Part shown: positions 17,065 through 28,314 of the stretch, piece by piece
Layout of the letters: each line of letters starts with the position of its first letter
Numbering within the stretch: the first letter of the stretch is position 1
From: Gemmataceae bacterium
GTDB lineage: Bacteria > Planctomycetota > Planctomycetia > Gemmatales > Gemmataceae
Assembly (NCBI GenBank): GCA_050248575.1
Contig: JBFWSD010000001.1
Span: 1 to 29,087, forward strand
DNA length: 29,087 nt
Direction of reading: 5' to 3'
Notes under the pieces: generated by a model
What the model saw: only the letters and a program-made list of their open reading frames with translations
What the model was told of the DNA's origin: nothing
The model's database searches: none
Translations under genes and position numbers: made by a program

Positions 17065-17568
17065 ATGGATCTCAGTACTGTCCATCAAGGCGTCCACAAG
17101 CGCAAGAAAAAGAAGCGCGTGGGCCGCGGCCTCGGTTCCGGACACGGCAAGACGGCCTCGCGCGGCCACAAGGGGCAGTACGCCTCCGCCGGCGCCAAGA
17201 TGTTCCACGCCTCGTTTGAAGGCGGCCAGATGCCCCTGTTCCGCCGCATCCCCAAGCGCGGTTTCTCCAACGCCACCTGGGCCAAGGAGTTCTTGGTCGT
17301 CAACGTGGGTGATCTCGACCGCGCCTTCAAGGATGGCGATACCGTCGATCACGAAGCCCTCAAGAAGGCCGGGCTGGCCAACGGCCCGGGCGACGGCGTT
17401 CGTGTCCTTGGCGAAGGGGAACTTTCCAAGAAGCTGAGCGTCAAGGCCCATCACTTTTCGAAGTCGGCGGCCGAGAAGATCACCGCCAAGGGGGGAACCA
17501 CCGAGGTCATCCCGCCCCCCAAGAAGCCCGAACGCAAGAAGCCGAAGAAACAACCGGAAAAGAAATAG
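17065..17568 (+). CDS. rplO: 50S ribosomal protein L15
   Basis: KRVGRGLGSGHGKTASRGHKGQ...FEGGQMPLFRRIPKRGF...VKAHHFSKSAAEKI. Confidence 0.98.
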   Translation: MDLSTVHQGVHKRKKKKRVGRGLGSGHGKTASRGHKGQYASAGAKMFHASFEGGQMPLFRRIPKRGFSNATWAKEFLVVNVGDLDRAFKDGDTVDHEALKKAGLANGPGDGVRVLGEGELSKKLSVKAHHFSKSAAEKITAKGGTTEVIPPPKKPERKKPKKQPEKK

Positions 17569-17661
17569 CGGCGGTGCGCGACCGCGTTGGGGATGACACG
17601 GTGTGCGGAAACTGGTAAGGATAGCCAGTAACACCAGCAAGCAGGGCTGCCAGCGCGGATC

Positions 17662-17684
17662 GGCAGGTAGGAAACCTGCCCCAC
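17662..17684 (-). repeat. REP-like element (GTGG-GGCAGGT...ACCTGCC)
   Basis: Plus strand GGCAGGT-AGGAA-ACCTGCC-CCAC. On the minus strand a GTGG tetranucleotide precedes a 7-bp stem, as in GTAG-type REPs. Confidence 0.6.
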
Positions 17685-17699
17685 GGCACGGAGCTGACG

Positions 17700-19067
<1,368 letters not shown>

Positions 19068-19216
19068 GCGGGCAGCCCGAAAATCGCATCATTCCATCAC
19101 CGTGAATAATCGAGTCCAGGGGGCGCCCCTTGGGCCGCGACCCTTATAATAGAGAGGTCGGGGCCGCTCGGGCTGCCTCGCCTACGCGGGTATCACACAG
19201 ACTCCATGGCGCTCCC

Positions 19217-19864
19217 ATGCGACTGATTCTTCTCGGCCCACCCGGAGGGGGCAAGGGGACCCAGGCCAAGCTGCTTGCCGAGCGGCTCAAGCTGCTCCAC
19301 ATCAGCACCGGCGATATCCTGCGCGAAGCCATCAAGACGGGCACCCCCGCCGGTCAGCAGGCCAGCTCCTACGTGAATGACGGCAAGCTCGTCCCCGACG
19401 ACCTCGTCAATCGCGTCGTCGCCGAGCTGTTCGATCGCGAGGACCATCCGGAACGCTTCGTCATGGACGGCTACCCGCGCACGGTGGTGCAGGCGGTGGC
19501 CTTCGACAAGGTGCTGGTCCGCGACGAGTTGCCCCTCGATGCGGTCTTGCAATTCCGGGTCGCGGACGAGAAAATCGTGCAGCGTCTGGCGGGCCGCTGG
19601 AGCTGCCCGAAATGCGGCGCCACGTATCACTCGCGCACCAAGCCGCCGAACGTGTTCGGCAAGTGCAACGTGTGCGGTACGGAACTGGTGCAGCGCGAAG
19701 ACGATCACGAGGATACGATCCGCCGCCGCCTGAAGATCTATCACGAGAACGTGGCCGGGCTCATCGACTACTATCGCAAGGTCGGCCTGCTCAAGGAGAT
19801 CGCGGGCGAAGGGGACATCGAGACCATCTACGCCCGCGTGCTGCAAGTGCTGCCCGGCAAATGA
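19217..19864 (+). CDS. adk: Adenylate kinase with zinc-binding lid
   Basis: LILLGPPGGGKGTQA, HISTGDILR, MDGYPRT, lid CPKC-x16-CNVC, REDD. ATG 19217 chosen over the upstream extension. Confidence 0.96.
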   Translation: MRLILLGPPGGGKGTQAKLLAERLKLLHISTGDILREAIKTGTPAGQQASSYVNDGKLVPDDLVNRVVAELFDREDHPERFVMDGYPRTVVQAVAFDKVLVRDELPLDAVLQFRVADEKIVQRLAGRWSCPKCGATYHSRTKPPNVFGKCNVCGTELVQREDDHEDTIRRRLKIYHENVAGLIDYYRKVGLLKEIAGEGDIETIYARVLQVLPGK

Positions 19865-19949
19865 GCCCGCCCGATGAACCAGCCCGGCCAGGCAGCGTAG
19901 AAACCCGGAACAGCCAGTCGGCGCTACGAAACAGCGAGGGCGAAACAGC

Positions 19950-20855
19950 GTGCTCAGGTCATTGTTTCAAAAGGCACCGGAGCTGAAGTCGGCGCGAGAG
20001 GTCGCCTTGATGCGCGAGGCGGGCAAGGTCGTGGTGGAAGCGCTGCGCATTTGCCGCGCCATGGCCAAGCCGGGCACGCGCACCATCGACATCGACCGGG
20101 CTGTCGAAGAACACTACGCCCGCCACAACGCCTTGCCCCTCTTCAAGGGCTATCCCGGTCAGCATTGCCCGTTTCCCGCCGTCACCTGCCTGTCGATCAA
20201 CGAACAAGTGGTGCATGGCATTCCCGGCGCGCGTGAGCTGCGCGAGGGGGACCTCTTCAAGGTCGACACGGCCTGCAAGCTGAATGGCTGGTGCGCCGAT
20301 TCCGCCATGACCCTGATGATTGGCGAGGTGAGCCCGGAGAAACGCCGGCTGGTGAAGGTGGCCTACGAGGTGCTGGAGATTGCCCGCACGGAGCTGGGCC
20401 GCTGCAAGCGCTGGCACGAAGTCGCCTCACGCATGCAGCGGCATGCGGAGCAGAACGGCTTCACCATGGTGGAACAATACGTGGGGCACGGCATCGGCCG
20501 GGTCATGCACGAGAACCCGCAGGTGGCCAACTACGTGCCGCGCAACGCGCGCGAGGCCCGCAAGCAAGACTTCCGCCTCGAGCCCGGGCTGGTGCTGGCC
20601 ATCGAACCCATGCTCAACATGGGCCGCCACGATGTGAAGGTGCTGTCCGATCACTGGACCGTGGTGACGGCCAACGGGCTGCCCAGTGCCCACGTGGAAC
20701 ACACCTTCGCGCTCACTCCCGAAGGCGTGCTGGTCCTCACCGCGCCCGATATGCAGCCCGCCTCGCTCGATCCCTACGACCCCAGCAATCTGCCCGCCGC
20801 GGCCAGGGCCGTCGAGTCGAACGCGAACGGCGAGCAGTCGTCTCCGACTTCTTGA
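19950..20855 (+). CDS. map: Type I methionine aminopeptidase
   Basis: CLSINEQVVHGIP, DTAC...WCADSA, GHGIG...HENP, AIEPM, SAHVEHT. Confidence 0.95.
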   Translation: MLRSLFQKAPELKSAREVALMREAGKVVVEALRICRAMAKPGTRTIDIDRAVEEHYARHNALPLFKGYPGQHCPFPAVTCLSINEQVVHGIPGARELREGDLFKVDTACKLNGWCADSAMTLMIGEVSPEKRRLVKVAYEVLEIARTELGRCKRWHEVASRMQRHAEQNGFTMVEQYVGHGIGRVMHENPQVANYVPRNAREARKQDFRLEPGLVLAIEPMLNMGRHDVKVLSDHWTVVTANGLPSAHVEHTFALTPEGVLVLTAPDMQPASLDPYDPSNLPAAARAVESNANGEQSSPTS

Positions 20856-20867
20856 GCCGCGGCCAGC

Positions 20868-21545
20868 TCAAGTCCCCGCGCCGGGCAATACGCTCCGCAG
20901 CCACTGCCGCAGGTCCGCGACCAGCGACGGGCTGATCTCGTGGCCAATCCCGTAGCTCTTGTAAGCAGGCGTGTAGCCTTCCGTTTCCAGGAATGCGACC
21001 AGGTTCTTGCTCCATTCAAAGGGGACCAGCGGATCGTGGCGGCCGTGCGCCACGAAGACGGGCTGCGTGCGTTCTTCGGGCAGCGTCGCGCGCACAGCAT
21101 CGACCTGGCGCAATGAGCCGCTCAAGACCACCAGACCGGCAAACAGGTCGGGGCGGGGCAGCCCGTAGCGCAGGGTCATCGCGCCCCCTTGCGAGAAGCC
21201 AGCGAGCAAGGCCTGGCCGGGCGGCACTTCGAATCGATCCAGCACCTCGTTGACGAAGGGCTCGAGTTGATCCAGGGCATGACGGACTGCCCCCGGGCTC
21301 TCCTTGCCGCCGCGTTCGTACCAGGCTCGCATGGTCGGGTCGTCAGCCAGCGCCAGCGGAGCGTCGGGCAGCACGTAGACGTAGCCCGTGCGATCGATCA
21401 GTGGGGCCAGCCCGGCCAGGTCTTCCTTGTTGGCCCCGAAGCCATGCAGGAAGAAGATCAATGGGAAACGAGCCCCTTCTTCGAAGTGGTCGGGGGCCAC
21501 GGTCAAGTAGTCCAGGGTCGAGCTGCGCGCGTGCGTGGTCTTCAT
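20868..21545 (-). CDS. Alpha/beta hydrolase (phospholipase/carboxylesterase family)
   Basis: FFLHGFG, GFSQGG nucleophile elbow, HGRHDPLV (Asp) and GHEI (His), giving a complete catalytic triad. Confidence 0.88.
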   Translation of the reverse strand: MKTTHARSSTLDYLTVAPDHFEEGARFPLIFFLHGFGANKEDLAGLAPLIDRTGYVYVLPDAPLALADDPTMRAWYERGGKESPGAVRHALDQLEPFVNEVLDRFEVPPGQALLAGFSQGGAMTLRYGLPRPDLFAGLVVLSGSLRQVDAVRATLPEERTQPVFVAHGRHDPLVPFEWSKNLVAFLETEGYTPAYKSYGIGHEISPSLVADLRQWLRSVLPGAGT

Positions 21546-21551
21546 GTTTGC

Positions 21552-23249
21552 TCAGGATGCGGTTTTCTTGCCCTCGCGGATCTGGCTCTGTCGCCGCAGC
21601 CAGCGCAGGAGCAGGCCCTGAAAGGTCATGTTGGCGGTGGCAAACAGTCCCAGCAACATCGGGGCGGCATATGGGATGAATACCGTCAACACGCCGAGGA
21701 AGAGGCAAGTTGCACCGATGACGTAATGGATGCCGCTTTCCGCAGCGAGCCCGAAGTTGGCCATGGCCACCAGTACCATCCAGCAGGGAAAGATGAGCAG
21801 CAACTGCCCGGGCTGATCGGCCGGCGTGGCATACCAGATGATCAGCCAGAGCAGCAGTCCGGCAAGCGTGTGGCTGACCCAGACAGTGACGATCTGGCGG
21901 CGTTCGCGGCTGGGCACGAGGCGCATGTTGGCCCGGTTGCCCAGCAACATGACGAGTTGCACAAGGGCCATGGTCACCGCCGTGGTGTTGGCGACCACCA
22001 GCGGGAAGCTCGGTTCGCCCCAGGTGAGCAGGTACACGACGAGCGTGGTCAGGATCGGCAAGGGCGCCAGCGACAGTACCACCGTGCTCCACAGGGCAAA
22101 CTTCTCGCTGTAGCTAGTGTACTCGACGGCCCGGGCCACCTGGCTCATCAGCGAAAAATCGCGGGCCTGGATCGGTTCGCCGTCGAGAAACGCTTGCAGG
22201 TCGCTGGCGAGCAGGGCCGCCGACACGTACCGATCCCCCGGCAGCTTCTGCAGGCACTTCAGGCAGATTCGTTCCAGGTCGCGCGGGATCATCGGCTGCA
22301 ACAGGCTGGGCGGGACGACGTCGTGCGTGCACACTTGCTCCAGCGTGTCGAGCAAGCTGCTGCCAACGTACGGCGGCCGCCCGGTCAACATCTCGTAGAG
22401 CATGGCCCCCAGGGCGTGGATGTCGACCGCCGGGCCGATTTCCGCGGTGCGGCCCGCGGCCTGTTCGGGTGCCATGTAGCTTGGCGTGCCCAGCACTTCG
22501 CCGGATTGCGTGTGGCGAATCGTCGCATCCATGCGCCGGGCCAGTCCGAAATCGGTGATCTTGAGCACGGTGTGCGCCTGGTGGCGTGCCGCCGAACCGA
22601 ATTGCTCTTTGAGACTGAGCGGCTCGGCCCGCTGCAAGAGCACGTTGGCCGGTTTCAGGTCGCGATGGATGATGCCCTGTTCGTGAGCGTGTTCCACGGC
22701 ACGCGCCAGCGTGAGGCACAGTTCGGCCGCCTGCCGCGGCGGCAACGGGCGGCCATTCAGGAAGTCGTGCAGCGTGCCGCCGTTGACCAGTTCGAGTGCC
22801 AGGTAGGAGTGGCCCGCTTGCTCGCCGATCTCGTAAATGCGCACGATGTTGTCGTGCTGCAGGCGGGCCACCGCTTCGGCCTCGGTACGGAAACGGGCCC
22901 GCTCGTCCGGCGACAGATGCGGGCCGGCCAGGATCATCTTGAGCGCGACAAGGCGCTCGAGATTGCGCTGCCGCGCTTTGTAGACGACTCCCATGCCGCC
23001 GTGGCCAAGCACTTCGAGGATCTCGTAGTTTTCGAGCTGCGGCACCGGCGGCAGCGAGCCCGGGCTGGCAACCAGCGTGGAAGGCTCGAGGATCTCTTCG
23101 ATGCGCCGCCGCCGCGCGATACGCCGGCGCAGCTCGGCTTGCGCTTCCGCATCATCCGGGCAGAGCGCTTCCGGGGAAGGTTCCGTGCCCAGGCGGCGCT
23201 GCTCATCCCACTGCGCGAGGAGTTCCAGGAGACGTTCGTTCTCGACCAT
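21552..23249 (-). CDS. Hanks-type Ser/Thr protein kinase with C-terminal multi-TM domain
   Basis: LGHGGMGVVYKA, VALKMI, HRDLKPANVLL, DFGLA, GTPSYMAPEQ. About six hydrophobic segments in the last ~170 aa. Confidence 0.93.
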   Translation of the reverse strand: MVENERLLELLAQWDEQRRLGTEPSPEALCPDDAEAQAELRRRIARRRRIEEILEPSTLVASPGSLPPVPQLENYEILEVLGHGGMGVVYKARQRNLERLVALKMILAGPHLSPDERARFRTEAEAVARLQHDNIVRIYEIGEQAGHSYLALELVNGGTLHDFLNGRPLPPRQAAELCLTLARAVEHAHEQGIIHRDLKPANVLLQRAEPLSLKEQFGSAARHQAHTVLKITDFGLARRMDATIRHTQSGEVLGTPSYMAPEQAAGRTAEIGPAVDIHALGAMLYEMLTGRPPYVGSSLLDTLEQVCTHDVVPPSLLQPMIPRDLERICLKCLQKLPGDRYVSAALLASDLQAFLDGEPIQARDFSLMSQVARAVEYTSYSEKFALWSTVVLSLAPLPILTTLVVYLLTWGEPSFPLVVANTTAVTMALVQLVMLLGNRANMRLVPSRERRQIVTVWVSHTLAGLLLWLIIWYATPADQPGQLLLIFPCWMVLVAMANFGLAAESGIHYVIGATCLFLGVLTVFIPYAAPMLLGLFATANMTFQGLLLRWLRRQSQIREGKKTAS

Positions 23250-23851
23250 CAGAGCAGCCCTTCCAGGTCATCCAGTCGAGCGGTCAATTTCTCGGTAGCG
23301 CTGATCCAGAGATAGCTGACCTTGCGCGGATGCAGCTCGAGCAGGCGGGCAATCTCCGCCTGCGGGATCTCGAGATAGTAATGGAGATCGAAGACGGCCC
23401 GCTCGGATTCTTCCAGGGTATCGACATTCTGATGAAACTCGGTCCAGAGTGCCAGCCGGGCCGGGTTATAGGTGAGCTGGGCAGGTTCGGGCAGCCCGTT
23501 GCTCGATGGATTGCCCAGGCCGAGAACCTCGCGCTGACCGAGCCGGCGTTGCCGCTCCGCCATGTCGAGCAGTACCTGGCGGATCTTGTGGGCGGCCAGC
23601 CGGAAGAAGTCGGCGACCGTGGGGGGATCGGTCTTCTCCAGTGCCTGGGCCAGCCGCAACCAGGTTTCATGAACCACGCTGTCGAGCTCGTGCTGGGCGC
23701 GGACCGCGGGGAAAGACGAGTTCAGCATGCGCGCCGCCAGCCGGCGCAGCCGGTCGCACGCGCGTTCGAGCAAGGCGCGCCGCGCCACCTGATCGCCCTG
23801 CAACATGCGGTCGATCAGCCCTTGCAAGATCACGCTGGCATCGTCGCTCAT
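23249..23851 (-). CDS. ECF-type sigma factor of the kinase-associated class
   Basis: LIDRMLQGDQVARRALL...RLRRLAARML...DSVVHETWLRL...FFRLAAHKIRQVLLDMA; sigma4 ERAVFDLHYYLEIPQAEIARLL. GGAGG RBS; stop overlaps the kinase start (TGATG). Confidence 0.85.
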   Translation of the reverse strand: MSDDASVILQGLIDRMLQGDQVARRALLERACDRLRRLAARMLNSSFPAVRAQHELDSVVHETWLRLAQALEKTDPPTVADFFRLAAHKIRQVLLDMAERQRRLGQREVLGLGNPSSNGLPEPAQLTYNPARLALWTEFHQNVDTLEESERAVFDLHYYLEIPQAEIARLLELHPRKVSYLWISATEKLTARLDDLEGLL

Positions 23852-24017
23852 GGCGCCTCCACCAGACATCTTAAGAGACGCGAAGAGCTCAGGTTAGACC
23901 TTGCTTGTCCGTTGTGCCCATCGGTTCATTCTCGGTTGTTACCCGCATGGTCGCTGGCGTCCGAAGTTTTTGCTTTTTTCTGTGTCTGAACCGGGGGATC
24001 GGCCTGCTTGGCAAGAT

Positions 24018-24036
24018 GGCGGGCAAGAGACCCGCC
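24018..24036. repeat. Short REP-like hairpin
   Basis: GGCGGG-CAAGAGA-CCCGCC upstream of the HlyD gene. Confidence 0.4.
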
Positions 24037-24064
24037 CACGATCTGTCGGAAAGGAAGGTGGCAA

Positions 24065-25207
24065 GTGACGCTGAGGAAACGAGTAACGTTGATAACCGGG
24101 CTGGTCCTCGCAATCGGGGCTGGCCTGGGGTTTTTCTGGGTCCACGAACACCACGGGCAGCCCCTTCGCCTGCCGGGCACGGTGGAAACACAAGATGTGA
24201 GACTGAGCTCCCGAGTTGGCGGTCGCGTTGCCAACATCGCCGTTCGCGAAGGGGAAATGGTCGAGGCAGGCCAACCGCTCGTCGCGCTCGCAGTCCCAGA
24301 GCTGCAGGCGCAGCGCGAACAGGTCTCGTCGAGGCTGGCCGCCGCCCTTGCCCAGCTGGACAAGGCACGCAATGGTGCCCGGAGCGAGGAGAAAGCCGCG
24401 TCGGCCTCGGCTGTTCAGGCGCTGGAGGCACGCTGCCGCCGCTTGAAGGCGGGCAGCCGTTCACAGGTCATCGAGCAAGCACGCAGCGAGGTGGCGGTGG
24501 TCGATGCCGACCTGGCGCGAGCCAAGCAGGATTTCGAACGCGAACGTGCCCTGTTCGCACGGACGGCCACCTCGCGTGCCCAGTACGAAGCTGCCGAAGC
24601 CAATCTGCATCGCCTGCAAGGGCAGCGTGAAGCGGCGGCCGCCCGTCTCGATCTGGCCCTGGCCGGAAGCCGGCCCGAAGAGATTGCCGAGGTCGAGGCC
24701 GAGCTGGCCCGCGCCCGTGCTCTGCATGAGCTCTTGCTGGCCGGCACGCGTTCCGAGGAACTGGCCGAGCTCGAGGCCCGTGTGGCCGAGCTGCGGGGCA
24801 AGCTCCGCGAGCTCGATGCCAACCTGGCCGAACTGACGGTGCATGCTCCGGAGACGGTTCTCGTTGAGGTGCTGGCCGTGCGGCCCGGTGACGTGGTGGC
24901 CCCCAATCAGCCCGTGGCCCGGGTGCTGCGGGCCGACGATCTGTGGATCAAGGCGTATATCTCGGAGGTTGACCTGGGCAAGATTCGCCTCGGGCAGCCC
25001 GTGAACGTGACGATTGACTCCTATCCCGGCCGTAAGTTCGACGGCGAGATATCCTGGATCGCCTCGGTCAGTGAGTTCACACCCCGCAACGTGCAGAGCG
25101 TTGACGAGCGACGGAATCAGGTCTTCGCCATCAAGGTCCGCGTGGCGGACACGCAGGGCATCTTCAAGTCGGGCATGGCTGCCGACGTGTTCATTCTGCC
25201 CCAGTGA
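24065..25207 (+). CDS. HlyD-family membrane fusion protein (YbhG-like)
   Basis: N-terminal TM, LSSRVGGRVANIAVREGEMVEAGQPL lipoyl-like half, long coiled coil, VRPGDVV, EFTPRNVQ...QVFAIKV. GTG start inferred. Confidence 0.88.
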   Translation: MTLRKRVTLITGLVLAIGAGLGFFWVHEHHGQPLRLPGTVETQDVRLSSRVGGRVANIAVREGEMVEAGQPLVALAVPELQAQREQVSSRLAAALAQLDKARNGARSEEKAASASAVQALEARCRRLKAGSRSQVIEQARSEVAVVDADLARAKQDFERERALFARTATSRAQYEAAEANLHRLQGQREAAAARLDLALAGSRPEEIAEVEAELARARALHELLLAGTRSEELAELEARVAELRGKLRELDANLAELTVHAPETVLVEVLAVRPGDVVAPNQPVARVLRADDLWIKAYISEVDLGKIRLGQPVNVTIDSYPGRKFDGEISWIASVSEFTPRNVQSVDERRNQVFAIKVRVADTQGIFKSGMAADVFILPQ

Positions 25208-25250
25208 CCCGATGGAGTGTTCGCCCTGCTGAACAGGAAAGGTCCGTCCA

Positions 25251-26234
25251 ATGTCTACCATCACTCTTCGCCGCCAGCCCCGAACGATGAGCGCGATGAT
25301 GCCCGCCAGCGACAAGGTCATCGACATCCGCGACGTCACCATTCGCTTCGGCGACTTCACGGCGGTCGATCGCGTCTCCTTCAGTGTGAAGCAAGGGGAG
25401 ATCTTTGGCCTGCTCGGGCCAAACGGCTCGGGCAAGACCACGCTGATCCGGGCGTTGTGTGGCCTGTTGCCCCTGACCGAAGGCTCGGCCCACGTGCTGG
25501 GCCGCGACGTCGCGACCGACGCCGAACAGATCCGTGCCTCCATTGGTTACATGTCGCAGAAGTTCTCGCTCTACAGCGACCTGACTGCCCAGGAAAACAT
25601 CGATTTCTACTCCGGTATCTATGGCCTGACGGCCGCGGAGAAGAAGGATCGCCAGCGCGAGTTGATCGAGATGACCGGGCTGCGGCCCTACCTCGAACGC
25701 CGGGCTGCCAAGCTCTCGGGTGGCTGGAAGCAGCGGCTGGCCATGGTATGTGCCCTCTTGCACCGGCCCAGGCTGGTCTTCCTCGACGAGCCGACGGCCG
25801 GCGTCGATCCGGTGGCCCGCCGCGAGCTGTGGGACCTGCTCTTCCGCCTTGCCGGCGAGAAGATCACCCTCTTCGTCACCACGCATTACATGGACGAGGC
25901 CGACCGTTGCGGCCGGGTCGGCTACCTCTACCTGTCGCGCTTGCTAGTGCTGGGCACACCCAACGAGCTGAAGCACATGCCTTCGGTGACGCCGCCCGGT
26001 ACGCGCCGCGTGGAAGTCCTTGCCACCGACCTGGCCGGGCTGCTCGTCCAGCTCAACCGGCACCCGCACGTACGTGAGGCCACCATCCTGGGCGAAGGCA
26101 TCCACGCCCTGCTCGATGCCGACTTCGACGACGGCGAACTGCGTTCGGCGGGCGCGATACTGAGGCCGGCGGCTCCCAACCTCGAAGACGTCTTTGTCAC
26201 GCTGGCCCGCACGGCCGCGGAGGAACGCTCATGA
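25251..26234 (+). CDS. ABC transporter ATP-binding protein
   Basis: Walker [10 protein letters not shown], signature LSGGWKQR, Walker [16 protein letters not shown]. Confidence 0.94.
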   Translation: MSTITLRRQPRTMSAMMPASDKVIDIRDVTIRFGDFTAVDRVSFSVKQGEIFGLLGPNGSGKTTLIRALCGLLPLTEGSAHVLGRDVATDAEQIRASIGYMSQKFSLYSDLTAQENIDFYSGIYGLTAAEKKDRQRELIEMTGLRPYLERRAAKLSGGWKQRLAMVCALLHRPRLVFLDEPTAGVDPVARRELWDLLFRLAGEKITLFVTTHYMDEADRCGRVGYLYLSRLLVLGTPNELKHMPSVTPPGTRRVEVLATDLAGLLVQLNRHPHVREATILGEGIHALLDADFDDGELRSAGAILRPAAPNLEDVFVTLARTAAEERS

Positions 26235-27337
26235 ACCTGCAACGCTTCGTCTCGGTGGCCCGCAAGGAATTGCTGCACATCTTGCGCGATCCGCAGACTC
26301 TCTTCCTCACGCTTTTCTTTCCCGTGCTGGAGATGTTCCTGCTCGGCTACGCGCTCGACCTGAACGTGCGCGACATCAAGACCATCATCGTCGATCGCGC
26401 GGGCACGCAGGAAAGCCGTGCCCTGGTCAAGCGCTTCGAGAACTCGGATGACTTTCGCGTCGTCGCCTACGGTTTCAGCGATGACGACGTCAAGGCCGCC
26501 ATGGTCAAGGGCACCGTCCGCGTCGGCATCATCATTCCGGAAGACTATTCGCGGCGGCTGGAAGCGGGCGACAGCGCTCAGGTGCTGGTCGCCGTCGATG
26601 GCACGCTGTCGACGATCGCCTCGGAAGCCATCAACGTGGGCAACGCCGTGGCCCTGCGCGAATCGCTGGAGCGGGCGCTCGGTGACAGGCCGTTGCCCGT
26701 CGAGGTGCGGCCTCGCGTCCTCTTCAATCCCGATACGCGCACGCCCAACTTCTTCATTCCCGGCCTGCTGGTGGTGATGTGCCAGATGATGGCCACCATG
26801 CTGGCAGCTTCGGCCATCGTCCGCGAGAAAGAGAACGGCACCCTGGAACAGCTCTACATGACCCCCGTGGGCCGCGGCGAGTTCATCCTGGGCAAGATGC
26901 TGCCCTACCTCGTGCTCACGATCCTGGAACTCTGCTTCCTCACCGTGCTGATGCGGATCTTCTTCCAGGTGCCGATCGCGGGCTACTTCCTGACCCTGGT
27001 GCTGCTGGCGTTGCCCTTCATGCTGACAATGCTCGGTTGCGGGCTGCTCATCTCCACCCGCGCCGACACCCGCGAGGCCGCCAGCCAGATGGTCATGGGC
27101 ACCCTGCTCCCCTCCATCTTCCTGTCGGGCTACGTGTTCAGCATGGATTCGATGCCGACGGTGTTCTGGTTGATTGGCCATTGCCTGCCGACCACCTGGC
27201 TGGTGGATGCCTCGCGCGGCGTGATCCTGCGTGGAGCCGGCTGGAATGAGTTGTGGCTGCACGCCGTGGTGCTCTGGGCGATGGCCCTGGCCATGCTGCT
27301 CGTGGTCATCGTCAAGGTCCGCAAACGACTGGCGTGA
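26231..27337 (+). CDS. ABC-2 type exporter permease (YbhS/YbhR-like)
   Basis: [11 protein letters not shown], extracytoplasmic domain, [26 protein letters not shown], several TMs. ATGA overlap with the ATPase gene. Confidence 0.92.
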   Translation: MNLQRFVSVARKELLHILRDPQTLFLTLFFPVLEMFLLGYALDLNVRDIKTIIVDRAGTQESRALVKRFENSDDFRVVAYGFSDDDVKAAMVKGTVRVGIIIPEDYSRRLEAGDSAQVLVAVDGTLSTIASEAINVGNAVALRESLERALGDRPLPVEVRPRVLFNPDTRTPNFFIPGLLVVMCQMMATMLAASAIVREKENGTLEQLYMTPVGRGEFILGKMLPYLVLTILELCFLTVLMRIFFQVPIAGYFLTLVLLALPFMLTMLGCGLLISTRADTREAASQMVMGTLLPSIFLSGYVFSMDSMPTVFWLIGHCLPTTWLVDASRGVILRGAGWNELWLHAVVLWAMALAMLLVVIVKVRKRLA

Positions 27338-27344
27338 TCACGGG

Positions 27345-27725
27345 CTACAACAATCGGCCCACGATCAGCCCGAGCATGAGAAAGAGGATGCCGACGACGA
27401 TCTGGCCGAACAGGTTGCCGCCCGCCATCAGCCATTCGCGGCTTTCCGCCAGCGCGTTGGTCTCGAAGATGAATGTGGAAAAGGTGGTGAAGGCGCCCAT
27501 GAACCCCGTCAGGATGATCTGTCGGGTCTCGCTGCTGATGAGCAGCCGGTCCTCGGCGAGGGGCCAGACCAGGCCAAAGAGAAAGCAGCCCAGCGCGTTG
27601 ACGGTGAAAGTCCCCCACGGAAAGAGGACGTTGGCCAGCAGTCGTTTCTGCACCAGTTCCCCCACGCCCCAGCGACACAGGCTGCCCATTGCTCCCGCCA
27701 TGGCGATCAACAGGAACTTCTGCAT
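27345..27725 (-). CDS. crcB: Fluoride efflux channel CrcB/Fluc
   Basis: [41 protein letters not shown]. 126 aa; AAGGAG RBS. Confidence 0.95.
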   Translation of the reverse strand: MQKFLLIAMAGAMGSLCRWGVGELVQKRLLANVLFPWGTFTVNALGCFLFGLVWPLAEDRLLISSETRQIILTGFMGAFTTFSTFIFETNALAESREWLMAGGNLFGQIVVGILFLMLGLIVGRLL

Positions 27726-27878
27726 GGGTGTCTCCTTCGGCAAGATAGGTGCGCCAGGCGAGGCGCAGAGGCGTCCGCTCGGCGGATGGCTTCCTTCTCA
27801 CTGGCCTCCATCGTTATAATGAGCCAAGTGGCTGCCCGGCGAGCGGGCTGCCCTCTTCCCGCTTGAGGAGAACGGAAC

Positions 27879-28094
27879 ATGCCCCTTTACGAGTATTCTT
27901 GCAAGCAGTGCGAGCATACGTTCGAGACGCTGGTGATGAACGGCGAGCAAGTCGAATGCCCGGAATGCGCCAGCGCGGAGCTGGAAAAGCTGCTGAGCCT
28001 GCCGGGCCGGCCCAAGGTGCAGGGCTCCGAGCTGCCGATGCAGTGCAATCCGAAATTGCCCCCCTGCAATCCGAACTGCTGCCGACTGCAATGA
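27879..28094 (+). CDS. FmdB-family zinc-ribbon protein
   Basis: MPLYEYSCKQCEHTFE...CPECAS.ELEKLLS pattern. GAGGAG RBS. Confidence 0.85.
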   Translation: MPLYEYSCKQCEHTFETLVMNGEQVECPECASAELEKLLSLPGRPKVQGSELPMQCNPKLPPCNPNCCRLQ

Positions 28095-28121
28095 GGATGG
28101 GTCTAACTTGATCCATTCAAC

Positions 28122-28145
28122 GCCCACCCACCGCCGTGGGTGGGC
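28122..28145. repeat. 10-bp hairpin; REP-like element or terminator after the FmdB-like gene
   Basis: GCCCACCCAC-CGCC-GTGGGTGGGC followed by TTGTT. Confidence 0.6.
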
Positions 28146-28314
28146 TTGTTCTCGATTGATTGCGATGGACCACGGCCGCGGACGAATCACACATAGACAA
28201 TCCCCGTGCCTACCAGGAATGCCCTCGTGCCCGGTCCACACGCCAGGTAAAGTCACCTCATAACTTCGCTCCCCACCATCAACCGGAATCCCACCTTTTC
28301 CGGAGGACTCGGCC

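Noticed and set aside
19145-19150. TATAAT upstream of adk as an internal promoter
   Set aside because: Perfect -10 box, but no plausible -35 at 16-18 nt and no extended TG, so it cannot be supported without TSS data.
21189-23315. 708-aa plus-strand ORF
   Set aside because: Antisense shadow of the Ser/Thr kinase and esterase, which have clear catalytic motifs.
24065-27337. HlyD-ABC-permease unit as a novel system
   Set aside because: Ordinary YbhG/F/S-like exporter architecture; nothing unusual beyond having a single permease and no adjacent regulator.
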